A stretch of DNA of 64,000 bases from Yuukianura sp. NJ FZ-2021 (Eukaryota): contig CM102283.1 of assembly GCA_046563655.1 (NCBI GenBank), positions 9,362,001-9,426,000 on the forward strand, in the 5' to 3' direction. Position numbers and translations under genes: made by a program. Of this stretch, positions 43,674 through 55,403 are shown in pieces (positions within the stretch are counted from its first letter, which is position 1; the number at the start of each line of letters is the position of its first letter). The notes under the pieces were generated by a model. It was given only the letters and a program-made list of their open reading frames with translations. It had not been told where the DNA came from and did no database searches.

Positions 43674-44427
43674 AGAGGGGTCAAACACACAACGCAGCGT
43701 TTACACCGAATAATTTAAAGTATAATTTAACTTACTAACTCAAGTTCTCAAGTTCCGTTCAGTTATTTTAGTTCAGATATATGAAACTGAGAAAGTGTAT
43801 AACTTTTAGTTTGCTAACTAAAAGTTCAGTTTAAGTAACTAACCTAACGTTTTGTATTTTCAAGATAAGTGTCTCCATTTTGTTACTTTGTTTCTGTTCT
43901 CATTTATTAAAGTTGAAATTCAAACTCGTTAGAATTAAGTCATAAGCTGCTTAATGATTAACGTATCGAATCGATCAGCTACAGCTTGCGATCGCCTGTT
44001 GCTGAGCTCGACCAGCTTCAGGTATCATAGTGTTTCGGGATAGATGGCGCCACTTTCCTTATATTTTTTTTTGTGTTAGCCTTGCTTTCCTTGTGTTTCG
44101 TCGTTCGTTGGTATTCGCAGGTGAGTTTGTGTGTGAGAGCATTAAACAGGAGGAAAGGAGTGAATTCGAGTCTCATTTTTACACGAAGGGTGTTTTCAAT
44201 TAATTTTTTACTAAGCTGACGATTAACAGAACAGAACAACTTGAAAGTAATTGAAGCCTTAACCTTAATCAGTTGATTGGAACAAGAACGGAAGGAATAG
44301 TGAACCTATTACTATACAGGTAAACTGATCTCTAGCATTGCAAACTTTTACGTCTCTCACCTCATCAGCTGTTTAGTGGAATAAGTTTCTTAGGTTCTGG
44401 ACATGTTAATTAAGTACTTTAGTTATT

Positions 44428-44566
44428 TTGGCACCGGCTAGAACCCGTGTCAACTTAAATTTGACATGGGCGTAGAAGACGTGCTAGATTAAAAAGTATG
44501 GAAGCTATCGGAGAGGTCGATCAGTAAAGATCAGACTGTCTGACCTTTGGGTTTGGCCATACACCT
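44428..44566 (+). ncRNA. H/ACA box snoRNA in the 5'-UTR intron (44320-44669) upstream of UBE2S; 5' hairpin predicted to guide an LSU rRNA pseudouridine
   Basis: Hairpin 1 has a GGCAC/GTGCT base and a CCCGTGTCAA/TTGACATGGG upper stem. H box AGATTA is at 44486-44491, hairpin 2 has an ATGG/CCAT base, and ACA is at 44561-44563. Pocket GCTAGA + GTAGA pairs with 28S UCUAC-UA-UCUAGC, 14 nt from the H box. Confidence 0.82.
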
Positions 44567-44749
44567 ACTAAAATCAAAGTAATTGAAGAAACTAAAGAAG
44601 TGCTGATGAGATTTGAGATATGAGTACTTTTATGTCAATTGGATAGTAATTTTGAATTGATTTTTACAGAAGTCACCTTGTATGAGAAGCTATCGGGCAG
44701 GAGCCTGATACCCACCGGTCTCAAAATTGCTAGCAATATCCAGACAAAG

Positions 44750-45500
44750 ATGGCCTCTTCGGTAACACATTGTAACACAGCATAACTAAAACGTTGTTGT
44801 CTCATATTTCTTGTCCTTTAGGTGTCCAATGTTGAAAACTTGCCACCACACGTTCTCAGAGGAATCAATAAAGAAGTGCTGTCACTATCCAGTGATCCTC
44901 CTGAAGGAATCAAGTTGATTCCCAACTTCGACGATGTGACTGATATTCAAGCTACTATTATTGGCCCCGGTAAGTCTACGATTATGACGCTATACACGGT
45001 CATCAATTGACTAATTGATTAATGATTGCAGAGTCAACTCCATATGCTGGTGGTGAGTTCAAACTGAAATTAGTTCTGGGTAAAGACTTTCCTGCTGCTC
45101 CTCCCAAGGGGTTCTTCCTCACCAAAATATTTCATCCAAACGTTTCTGCTAATGGAGAGATCTGTGTCAACGCTCTCAAGAAAGATTGGAATTCTGAGTT
45201 AGGACTCAAACACATTCTGATGGTAAGTAACACTTACAAAATGTGTCACCCTACTCTGCTTTACTAAGAAGTAATTGATTTCATTTGTAGGTGATTAAAT
45301 GCCTCCTGATAGAACCCAATGCTGAATCAGCTCTCAACGAAGATGCTGGCAAACTTCTGTTGGAGAACTACGAAGAGTTTTCGCAGAGAGCGACTCTGAT
45401 GACGGAGATTCATGCCAAGCCTCAACCATCTTCTCCATCCCTGCTTGCCAAGAAAGCCAAACTGCGTAAGGAGAAGAAGAAAACTCTGAAGAGACTTTAA
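44750..45500 (+). CDS. UBE2S: Ubiquitin-conjugating enzyme E2 S, 4 coding exons
   Basis: [12 protein letters not shown]...[70 protein letters not shown]; basic C-terminus KKKTLKRL. Confidence 0.96.
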
Positions 45501-46011
45501 AATTGTGAGGTATTGCCAGTATCCGTAAGTAATACAGCGGAAAGTCAAATCTGATTATTTAACTCTGGCGTTGTACTAATTAGGTAGAAAGGATGTTAAT
45601 CAGTAATTACACAACAGTGTCTTTGACAGGCAGATTAATAAGATTCACTTTCTCACATATGTTTCATCAAGATTGTTGTAAAGTAGTGGCAGGGTTGCGT
45701 ACTGGCAACACTGTTTGGTCGGTTGGCTACAAGTTACACTCTTGATTTAATGGAGAGCACAACTTTTTGTGTTAATTACTGTATAATATTTTGTATTCTA
45801 AGCCAGGTTAGTGCCAGTATGGTTAAGGTTTTTAGGAATTCGGACGGTCCGAATGGGACTACCCTATTCGGACCGAATGGGTGTGTGTCTCTGTGAAATT
45901 TTGTAAAAGGTCGCTTGACTTTGATTTTTATACAAAGGTTTTCAAAATTGTAAAAATTAATTAGAATTAATTAGAATTAACATGTTAATTAATTAGAATA
46001 AGTTAAAATAA

Positions 46012-47666
46012 TTAGCGGATGAGGAAGACTAAAATGTGAGTAATAATAAGGATCTTGGTGAAAACGATTACAGTTGGTTTGAAAGTGTTCATTTTGGCGC
46101 CGTTTTTGTGTTGACTCGGTCTGTTGTATTGTATTACCGATGGATTGTGCAAAACTTGATCTTCGGACACTGGATCCTGCAGGATCGGAAAAGTACAGGT
46201 CAGCACTCCACTCGGTTCTCTCTTGGATTTCATTTTGGTCAGCACGGACAACTGCAACAGACAAGGTCAGAACCCATTTTTTGAAAACCTTTTTTTTTTA
46301 ATTTGAAATTCTAACTTGTTTTTTTGAAATTGGAATCGTTTTCTTGAGGACATAGATTCTCGGAATGGAAAAGCATGGTGGAATGGGGAAGTTCCCTTTG
46401 TAGTAGTAATATCCAGAATCTTGTGGAAGAAAGGCTAATGGCGACCATTGTTCCTGGATTAACACTGGTCCGTTACCATAGTCAGCTCCGTAGTCAGCTC
46501 CACTGAACTTTTTAGCAGCTTTGATCATCGGTTGTAACTTTGGATTATCCTCTTTCGAAATCTGAAATTAAATTTTGAATTTTGAACTTTTAAAATTTCA
46601 GGTTTGACCGAATCCGACCTCTCCAAGGACCGAAACCATGACGATGTCGTTGTACTTTTCTCCGAAAACCATTTTGTCTATTCCGATTTGCAGTGTGAAG
46701 CCAAAGAAGAGCAGATGAACTTCAAAAGGGTACCTGAGAAATTTTGAAATTTTGAAAATTTTGACAAATTTGAAAAAAATTTCTTATTTGAACCGTTTTC
46801 CGTCAAGTTGATGTCCGGACCGATTGGCCGAAATGTTTTTAAAGTCACAGAAAGTGACCAATGCAAAAGTGAAGTCGAACATTTTGGATTTTATTCCGTC
46901 GGCCTTTTCATGACTGTCGTATTCATCCAGAAGCTGAAGACTTCCGTAAGCTTTTGGCATAATTGCAACTAAAAAAAAGTTTTTTTTAAACAGGTTTTTC
47001 AAAATTTTGAAAACTTTTTAGAATTCTAACTTCCATTGAACGTGTCTTCTGGAAATCCAAAGTCCCATCCAGCAGAGTTGATGCCAGGCGATGATACGAG
47101 TGTAATCGATTTAGCTTCGTGTGTGTTCACACCGGCACCGGGGTCCATTGAGGCGCGCTAAGTTTCAAAATTTTGAATTTTCAAATTTTCAAGTTTCAAA
47201 TTTTGAAATTTTTTTTTAACCTCGGCCAATCCAGCCACTGATGTGTTGATATTCATCGGCGTAAATTTGTTCATCGGACACTCATTTGTGCTGAACAGAG
47301 CACTTCGAACTTTATCCCACCGTTCCGGACCTATTTGGATCAAAATTTTGAAACGATTTCAAAATTTCAGAAAAACTTTCAAAATTACCGAACTTATCTG
47401 CATCTCCGTAAGTAAATCGCATGATTGTTTTGTCCGTTGGGTATTTTTTGAACGGTGGATGTGGATGCATGTGGAGTTCCATGTATTTCAGCTCTTCATA
47501 TTCAGGGTAATCTTCGTCAGCTTCAGTAGTTTCATCAGCATGAACAGCTTTAAAAAAAAAAGATTCAAAATTTGGAAAAATGTTGTTTTGAATTTGGAAA
47601 ATGTCTTTATTCCTTACAGATTTCCAGGAAACTGAAAATTATGAACAATTTCAAAACGAGATGCAT
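46012..47666 (-). CDS. Secreted/membrane-anchored alpha-carbonic anhydrase-related protein, probably acatalytic, ~8 coding exons
   Basis: Signal peptide MHLVLKLFIIFSFLEISVHA; FTYG..FGPERW..C....TPMNINT; SGHQLDGKR|YPFEVHL; FLPQDSGYYYYKGNFPIPPC; hydrophobic C-terminus. Confidence 0.8.
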
Positions 47667-47792
47667 GTCGCCACTGAAATAATTTTCACAAAATTCGAAA
47701 ACTTGGCTGCTTCAGTCTGATTGTACTTGTTCCCACAATTCATTTTCTCAAGTAAGTTAATTAAACTAAACAGTTTTTTAGAAAAAAAAAGT

Positions 47793-49254
47793 TTAGTTGC
47801 TATGACGATTCGATTTTTTGGGCGTTGCTCTACCAGAAAATTGCGCCTGAGTCGTCTCTTGATGGTTGCAATTTGGATCGATCGTTGAAACACGTCTGCG
47901 CAGAAGTTGTTGCGAGGCAGCCAGAATGAGTTGACTAAAGTTTCTATCTCTCTCGATGTCGCCAGTCGCCAGTACTTCGCTTTCAATTGATTCCAGTGTC
48001 GGTGGTCCACCATCGCTTAAACTTCCATCGCTGATTCCTCCAGGCACTGGCTCAATGTTGACCGACATTAACAATTCTCCGTCTTGCTCGAAATGTTGCA
48101 ACCAAGAGTCCGGTCCACCGAAACAAAGTCCGTCTCGGATTATAGCCGGTCCGGTGATCCGGATGGGGTAGACCGGTCCACGCCATTCCAGTGACATAGT
48201 CTATTCAAAAACATTCAAAATTTCAAAAAAGTTAAAAAATTCTGAAAAATTTCAAAAATTTTGAACCTTTGGACTGTGAAATTTGACGGAGGCGGTAAAA
48301 TTGAATCTTTCGGTCAATTCGGCTTTCGGACAGTGGACCCACACCCATGTCCAGAAAAACGGACGGATGATTTCCAGCATGACGTAGAACGTACAGCCAT
48401 AAGCCATGATGTAATATGGAAGCCACTTTCGATCTAAACAGAGTTAAATATAATATAATTAATATAATTTAATTAATTAATTAAGATAATTAATTAACCT
48501 CTGATTGGACATTCATTGTCCGTGACGTAGTGAATGATCACTGGCAATTCAGTTGTGCCGCCTATTTTGTGGTTTTCTTTCAAGTGGCTCAGGAGTGACC
48601 GGTAGCCGACGGTAAGTGAGCAAGATGGAACGAGGCATTTGATCATTCTAAAATTTTGAAAAATGAAATTTTGCAAAATTTTGAACTTTTGAAATTTCGA
48701 AATTTACCTGTAAGGACATGAACCTTCATGTGGTTGCATGTTGTCTCCCTTCCATCTAAGAAATTTGCACCCATCTTTGGAAAACTTGCAACTTTGGGAG
48801 TACTGCTCGATGAAATTTTCAGCAAAGAGATTCCGGACAGTGGAAAATGGCTCGCGACATGTCGGACACACGGTGACATTGCGGCGACATCGACTGCAAA
48901 TGATGTGGCCATTGACACATGTAATGGGCGACACGCATGTGTTGAAACAAACTAAAAAACACAATTTTAAAACACAAACTAGGAAAATTATAGTATTTTT
49001 TAGAGTTTTTTTTGAAAACCTGGACATTCCAGCTCCTTCAAAACGACTTCCAAGTTTTTCAGTTTTGTTTCAATTGACGGTGTGATTTGGTTCAAACCTT
49101 TCTTTTTCTTTTTCCTAAACAAAAAGTTTTAAAAAAGTTAACTTTTTTGAAAATCAGATTCAAGTTACGAGGTCAGTGACCCCAAGACTTACACAAGATC
49201 GACCTTGTTTCTGCGTCTTCCTCCACAACAACAACCGAACATTCGAAACCGCAT
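47793..49254 (-). CDS. Siah/SINA-like RING E3 ligase, ~6 coding exons
   Basis: ELECP|VCFNTCVSPITCVNGHIICSRCRRNVTVCPTCREPFSTVRNLFAE is a Siah-type RING. It is followed by zinc fingers (CKFSKDGC...HEGSCPYR; CLVPSC...HLKENH) and a SINA-like C-terminal LEWRGPVYPIR...RDGLCF. Confidence 0.85.
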
Positions 49255-49952
49255 CTTCTCTACTTCTTGTTCTCAAGATGATTCCAAATTCAACCGGATT
49301 TCTAAAAATTCAAAAATTTTAGTTTTGACCTTTGACCTAATGCTTAGCACTTCAATTTGAAACGAACACTTACCTCCTATCCTCAGCCAAACCTACAAAA
49401 AACCTCCACCTCAAATTTAAAAAGTCGGTAAACTTTTGGCTTGTGATGCCAGACAATCAGAGAAGAAAAATTGTCGTTTTGTTTTGTTTAAAAATTTAAA
49501 GTGGTAGATGACATGGAAACGTCATCAAGTGGGAAAAATTCGACAAGGAATTTAAAAAAAACAGTTTTTTGAAAATGATCAACCTTGATCTTGAGATCTT
49601 GAACTTGCTCGTTTCAAAAGAAAAGTTGACCGGCCATTTACCTTTCCTTTCTCGAACTTTTCGAAAAAGCACTTTTCGAAAACTGACCTTGGGAATAAAA
49701 TGAAATTGTTTTGAAATCTCCTTGGAAGGGTTAAGGTGAAACACCTACATTGAACTTTTTGAAATTTTTTTCAGAAAAAAAAGTTTTCATTGTACAGTAG
49801 GATTTGCTAACACTAAGGTGAGGAGACGCTATTATAAAAACTGTGGATTTCGTCCAGCGACGTTTAGTTTTACATAAGAAGCTGCTGAGCGGCATCAAAA
49901 GTCGACAAAGATTTCAATAACATTTTAAAACTATTTTCAAAATTTTGTCAAA

Positions 49953-52900
49953 ATGAGGCAGTGCATTTTGATTTCAATTTTATATACTTTGTGTTTGGTC
50001 TCTTGCGTTCACAGTTCTACAGACCAATCACAAGTCGTTGTTAGTAATTTGCGTCAAGCATTTTTGGATTGTTCTGCGAAATGCTCACGAGATGCCAACT
50101 GTGTTGGAATTGTCATTTACAAAAAAATTGGTTTGAAATTTGAAATTAAAAATGACAATTACTACTGTCGAACGGAAACAACAAACGAAATTTCACTGGC
50201 CGAAGATTTCAACGAAAGTCATCCAGCCATTGTCTACAAAATTATTTTCAAAGGGAAGTCAATCCAAGATATTCAAAAAATTCGCCAACGAGCGTCTTCC
50301 ATTCGGAGCAGACGCGAAGCAGAAGAAGAAACGAACACCATAACGGAATTCAATGCTCTCAATGTTGCAAAAGATCAACTGATTCACAATCACACTGCGA
50401 AACATGAAAAAACGGCACAAGCGAACTTAACTGTCGAAGGTGCTAGCACTTCAGGTAATTCGAAATATTGGTTGGTGGGAGTTAGGTGTAAATGATGACA
50501 TATTTTTTTTTTGCGTTGACTGTTGAATTGCTAGGTTTCGCTGGAGTGTTCGGTGGGAATGTGACCAACGCGAGTGTCAGCGTCCAAAACATGATAGCTT
50601 CTGGAAATGGATCTTCAGTGTCAAACGGAGTAGGAATTCGGGCGGAAAGTGGATCAGCCCCCTCAGAAGCCTCATTGACAGCATCTACCCCGTTAGAGAC
50701 GACAGACGTTCCACCTACAGAATCTACCCCGTTAGAATTAACATCAGCAGAGTTGACACTCTCAGACGTTCCAGCTACAGAATCAACCCCTACAGAAGTT
50801 CCAGCTACAGAATCTGCTGCTTCAGAAATTCCAGCTACAGAATCTACCCCTACAGAAGTTACAGCTACAGAAACTGCTCCTTCAGAAGTTGCAGCAACTG
50901 AATCTACCCCTGCAGAAATTCCAGCTACAGAATCTGCTCCTTCAGAAGTTCCAGCTACAGAACCTACCGCTACAGAAGTTCCAGCAACTGAATCCACCCT
51001 TACAGAAATTTCAGCCACAAAATCTGCTCCTTCAGAAGTTCCAGCAACTGAATCTACCCCTACAGAAGTTCCAGCAACTGAATCCACCCTTACAGAAGTT
51101 CCAGCCACAGAATCTGCTCCTTCAGAAGTTCCAGCAACTGAATCCACCCTTACAGAAGTTCCAGCAACTGAATCCACCCTTACAGAAGTTCCAGCAACAG
51201 AATCTGCTCCTTCAGAAGTTCCAGCAACTGAATCCAGCCTTACAGACGTTCCAGCAACAGAATCTGCTTCTTCAGAAGTTCCAGCAACTGAATCTACCCT
51301 TACAGAAGTTCCAGCAACTGAATCTACCCTTACAGAAATTCCAGCAACTGAATCCACTCTTACAGAAATTCCAGCCACAGAATCTGCTCCTTCAGAAGTT
51401 CCAGCAACTGAATCTACTCCTACAGAAATTCCAGCAACTGAATCCACCCTTACAGAAATTCCAGCCACAGAATCTGCTCCTTCAGAAGTTCCAGCAACTG
51501 AATCCACCCTTACAGAAGTTCCAGCAACTGAATCCACCCTTACAGAAATTCCAGCCACAGAATCTGCTCCTTCAGAAGTTCCAGCTACAGAATCTACCCC
51601 TACAGAAGTTGCAGCACCTGAATCCACCCTTACAGAAGTTGCAGCCACAGAATCTACTTCTACAGAAGTTCCAGCAACTGAATCTACCCTTACAGAAGTT
51701 CCAGCTACAGAATCTGCTGCTTCAGAAATTCCAGCAACTGAATCTACCCTTACAGAAGTTCCAGCAACTGAATCTACCCTTACAGAAGTTCCAGCCACAG
51801 AATCTGCTGCTTCAGAAATTCCAGCAACTGAATCTACCCTTACAGAAGTTCCAGCCACGGAATCTGCTGCTTCAGAAGTTCCCGCTACAGAAGCTGCTGC
51901 TTCAGAAGTTCCTGCTACAGAATCTGCTGCTTCAGAAGTTCCAGCAACTGAATCTACCCTTACAGAAGTTCCAGCCACGGAATCTGCTGCTTCAGAAGTT
52001 CCAGCTACAGAATCTGCTCCTTCAGAAGTTCCAGCAACAGAATCTGCTCCTTCAGAATTTCCAGCAACTGAATCTACCCTTACAGAAGTTCCAGCCACAG
52101 AATCTGCTGCTTCAGAAGTTCCAGCAACTGAATCTACCCTTACAGAAGTTCCAGCCACAGAATCTGCTGCTTCAGAAGTTCCAGCAACTGAATCTACTCC
52201 TTCGGAAGTTCCAGCTACAGAATCTGCTGCTTCAGAAGTTCCAGCTACAGAATCTGCTCCTTCAGAAGTTGCAGCAACTGAATCCACCCCTGCAGAAGTT
52301 CCAACAACAGAACCTATCGCTACGGAAGTTCCAGCCACGGAATCTGCTGCTTCGGAAGTTCCAGCTACAGAATCTGCTGCTTCAGAAGTTCCAGCAACTG
52401 AATCTAACTTTACAGAAGTTCCAGCCACAGAATCTGCTCCTTCAGAAGTTCCAGATACAGAATCTACTTCTACAGAAGTTCCAGCAACTGAATCTAGCCT
52501 CACAGAAGTTCCAGCCACAGAATCTGCTGCTTCAGAAGTTCCCGCTACAGAAGCTGCTGCTTCAGAAGTTCCAGCTACAGAATCTGCTCCTTCAGAAGTT
52601 CCAGCAACAGAACCTACCGCTACAGAAGTTCCAGCCACGGAATCTGCTGCTTCTGAAGTTCCAGCTACAGAATCTGCTGCTTCAGAAGTTCCAGCAACTG
52701 AATCTAACCTTACAGAAGTTCCAGCCACAGAATCTGCTCCTTCAGAAGTTCCAGCAACTGAATCCACCCTTACAGAAGTTCCAGCCACAGAATCTGCTGC
52801 TTCAGAAGTTCCCGCTACAGAAGCTGCTGCTTCAGAAGTTCCAGCTACAGAATCTGCTCCTTCAGAAGTTGCAGCAACTGAATCCACCCCTGCAGAAGTT

Positions 52901-54876
52901 CCAACAACAGAACCTATCGCTACGGAAGTTCCAGCCACGGAATCTGCTGCTTCAGAAGTTCCAGCTACAGAATCTGCTGCTTCAGAAGTTCCAGCAACTG
53001 AATCTACCCTTACAGAAGTTCCAGCCACAGAATCTGCTGCTTCAGAAATTCCAGCAACTGAATCTACCCCTACAGAAGTTCCAGCAACTGAATCTACCCT
53101 TACAGAAGTTCCAGCCACAGAATCTGCTCCTTCAGAAGTTCCAGCCACAGAATCTGCTGCTTCAGAAATTCCAGCAACTGAATCTACCCCTACAGAAGTT
53201 CCAGCAACTGAATCTACCCTTACAGAAGTTCCAGCCACGGAATCTGCTGCTTCAGAAATTCCAGCAACTGAATCTACCCTTACAGAAGTTCCAGCCACAG
53301 AATCTGCTCCTTCAGAAGTTCCAGCAACTGAATCTACCCTTACAGAAGTTCCAGCAACTGAATCTACCCTTACAGAAGTTCCAGCAACTGAATCTACCCT
53401 TACAGAAGTTCCAGCAACTGAATCTACCCTTACAGAAGTTCCAGCAACAGAATCTGCTCCTTCAGAAGTTCCAGCAACTGAATCTACACTTACAGAAGTT
53501 CCAGCCACAGAATCTGCTCCTTCAGAAGTTCCAGCTACAGAACATAACCCTCCAGCTACTGAATCCACCCCCTCAGAATTACCAGCAACAGAATCAGTAA
53601 CTGAAGCAGTGTTTTCTACAGTAGAAACAATTACAGAAATGCCAATTATCCCCACCCCATCATTTCCCGAATTGAGTACCGTAGAAACCATTACAGAGGT
53701 GCCAATTATCCCCACCCCTGCAGTTCCAGAATTGAGTACCGTAGAAACCATTACAGAGGTGCCAATTATCCCCACCCCTGCAGTTCCGGAATTGAGTACC
53801 GTAGAAACCATTACAGAGGTGCCAATTATCCCCAGCCCTGCAGTTCCGGAATTGAGTACCGTAGAAACCATTACTGAATCCCCCTCCATCATTGTCAACG
53901 TTGACCAGATTAATGCTACCGAAGTTCCCCACCTCCAGGCGGGAACCAGCACAGAAATCGCATTAGAACTCCCGCCAAATTCATCTGCAACTGAATCTTC
54001 TGCAGAGATTCATCACTCCGAAAGTCACGTGATGGCTGACCCTGGTTGTGTTTTTGAAGATGAAGAGATGTTCCGTAGAAACATAAGGGCAGGAACTTAT
54101 GCCGTGTTGGATGGCAATCCTGTCCTGCTGACCTTTGTCAACAATTCGGATTGTGTTGCGTCTTATGCAAAAAGTGGGCGTAAAAGTGGGTTGCACAGTT
54201 TGAGAAAATTATTTCCAGAGTTTCCGTTTGATGCACAAGTAGACGCAGCAGGATTTTTTAACAACAGTTTATACCTCATTGACTCAACCGAAGGTACAAC
54301 GAGTAGTTGAAAATTTGTATTTTCAAAATTTGAAAATTTCCTGATTTTACTTTTTGTTCTTTTAGCTCAAAATGTTCATGTATACGAGTACAACCCTATG
54401 ACAAACACGTACAAGCTTTCCAGCGTCATGACTCGAGGCGATTTTCTGGATCAAAACTGCGGAATGTCGCTGAAATCTGATCGGAGGATTAAAGCTCTTG
54501 CACAACTTTCGAGCACTGCTAGAAGTTGCATTATTTTCGATGGGTACAATATTTAACCAATTTGGCAAATTTGAATTCAAAAACATTTTTTTCAAAGTTT
54601 TGTTAAATTTTTAGACACAAAGAACCAATTGTTTCTCCGTTGGCATCAGAAGAAGAAATTAGCCTTGCAAAGTCCATCAATTTTGCATTGAGTGAAGAAT
54701 TTGTGTTATATGCTGAAGCCATTTTTTCATGGCTGGATGAAGCGCCGCTGATTTCAACTGTTTACGTTTTTGGCAGCAATGGAGAACTCTACGCAGTCTC
54801 AAAAGATTTAACGAAAGGAGCCTCTTGGCTTCCCGGCAATTTCAAAAATATTCCTTACGAATCTTTTCCAAACTAA
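49953..54876 (+). CDS. Large secreted mucin-like protein: signal peptide, PAN/apple-like Cys domain, T/S/E/P repeat stalk, hemopexin-like C-terminus; exons 49953-50454, 50535-54293, 54366-54543, 54615-54876
   Basis: In-frame GT-AG joins; LDCSAKCSRDANCVGI...YYCR; RSRR furin-type site; EVPATESAPS/EVPATESTLT repeats; LFPEFPFDAQVDAAGFFNNSLYLI resembles a hemopexin blade. Confidence 0.8.
50705..53595 (+). repeat. 30-bp coding tandem repeat, roughly 95 units (10-aa EVPATESxxx)
   Basis: Unit of the type TACAGAAGTTCCAGCAACTGAATCTACCCT / TTCAGAAGTTCCAGCTACAGAATCTGCTCC stays column-aligned in the 60-nt lines. Confidence 0.97.
53612..53880 (+). repeat. 60-bp coding tandem repeat (~4.5 units, STVETITEVPIIPTPAVPEL)
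   Basis: Near-identical 60-nt lines at 53641-53880. Confidence 0.93.
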
Positions 54877-55403
54877 TTCCACAAAATTCAACAAAAAAAA
54901 AATCGGCAGGCCCGATATTTTTTCCACTCTTCATTTTATTATAAATTTTCTTTAAATTATAATTTTTATGTTACTAAATTTTTAAATTTTTAGTCAGAAA
55001 TTAACAATTTGCAACAGTTTTGGTTAAATTTGAAGCCAATTCTTTTGATTACTCCGTGCACGTACTTTTGCCTAATAAGAGTAAAGGCCGTTAAGCAAGT
55101 GGCTTAAGGCAAAGTGAAGGTGGTGCATGAGTCTACTTGTAGGAGGAGGTGCATGAGTCTACTTGTTTCGATTGTTCCAGGTCAAGGTCTTTGCCTCCCA
55201 CATTGGCGAATCCACTTGATGATTTCAGTTCACAATTGCATCTCTTGAGACCCAAACCAATTCATCTTCTGCTGATCTTTTGTGTTCAGCATCTCATTTG
55301 TTGTGCTTTGCAAATTTAAGTGGGGATGACGACAATTGTTTCCAAACAGTTTTACTACTACACCGCACAGCACCATTCCTCGTGCATTTGAATCAACAAC
55401 TCC

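Noticed and set aside
50482-53952. 1156-aa antisense ORF and 903-aa alternative-frame Q/L-rich ORF (50889-53600)
   Set aside because: By-products of a stop-free 30-bp repeat. Both start at non-ATG codons and end near the repeat edges; only the EVPATES frame joins spliced flanking exons.
55122-55166. Direct repeat GGTGCATGAGTCTACTTGT x2 upstream of the lipase
   Set aside because: Only two copies of a local duplication, with no further structure to support a function.
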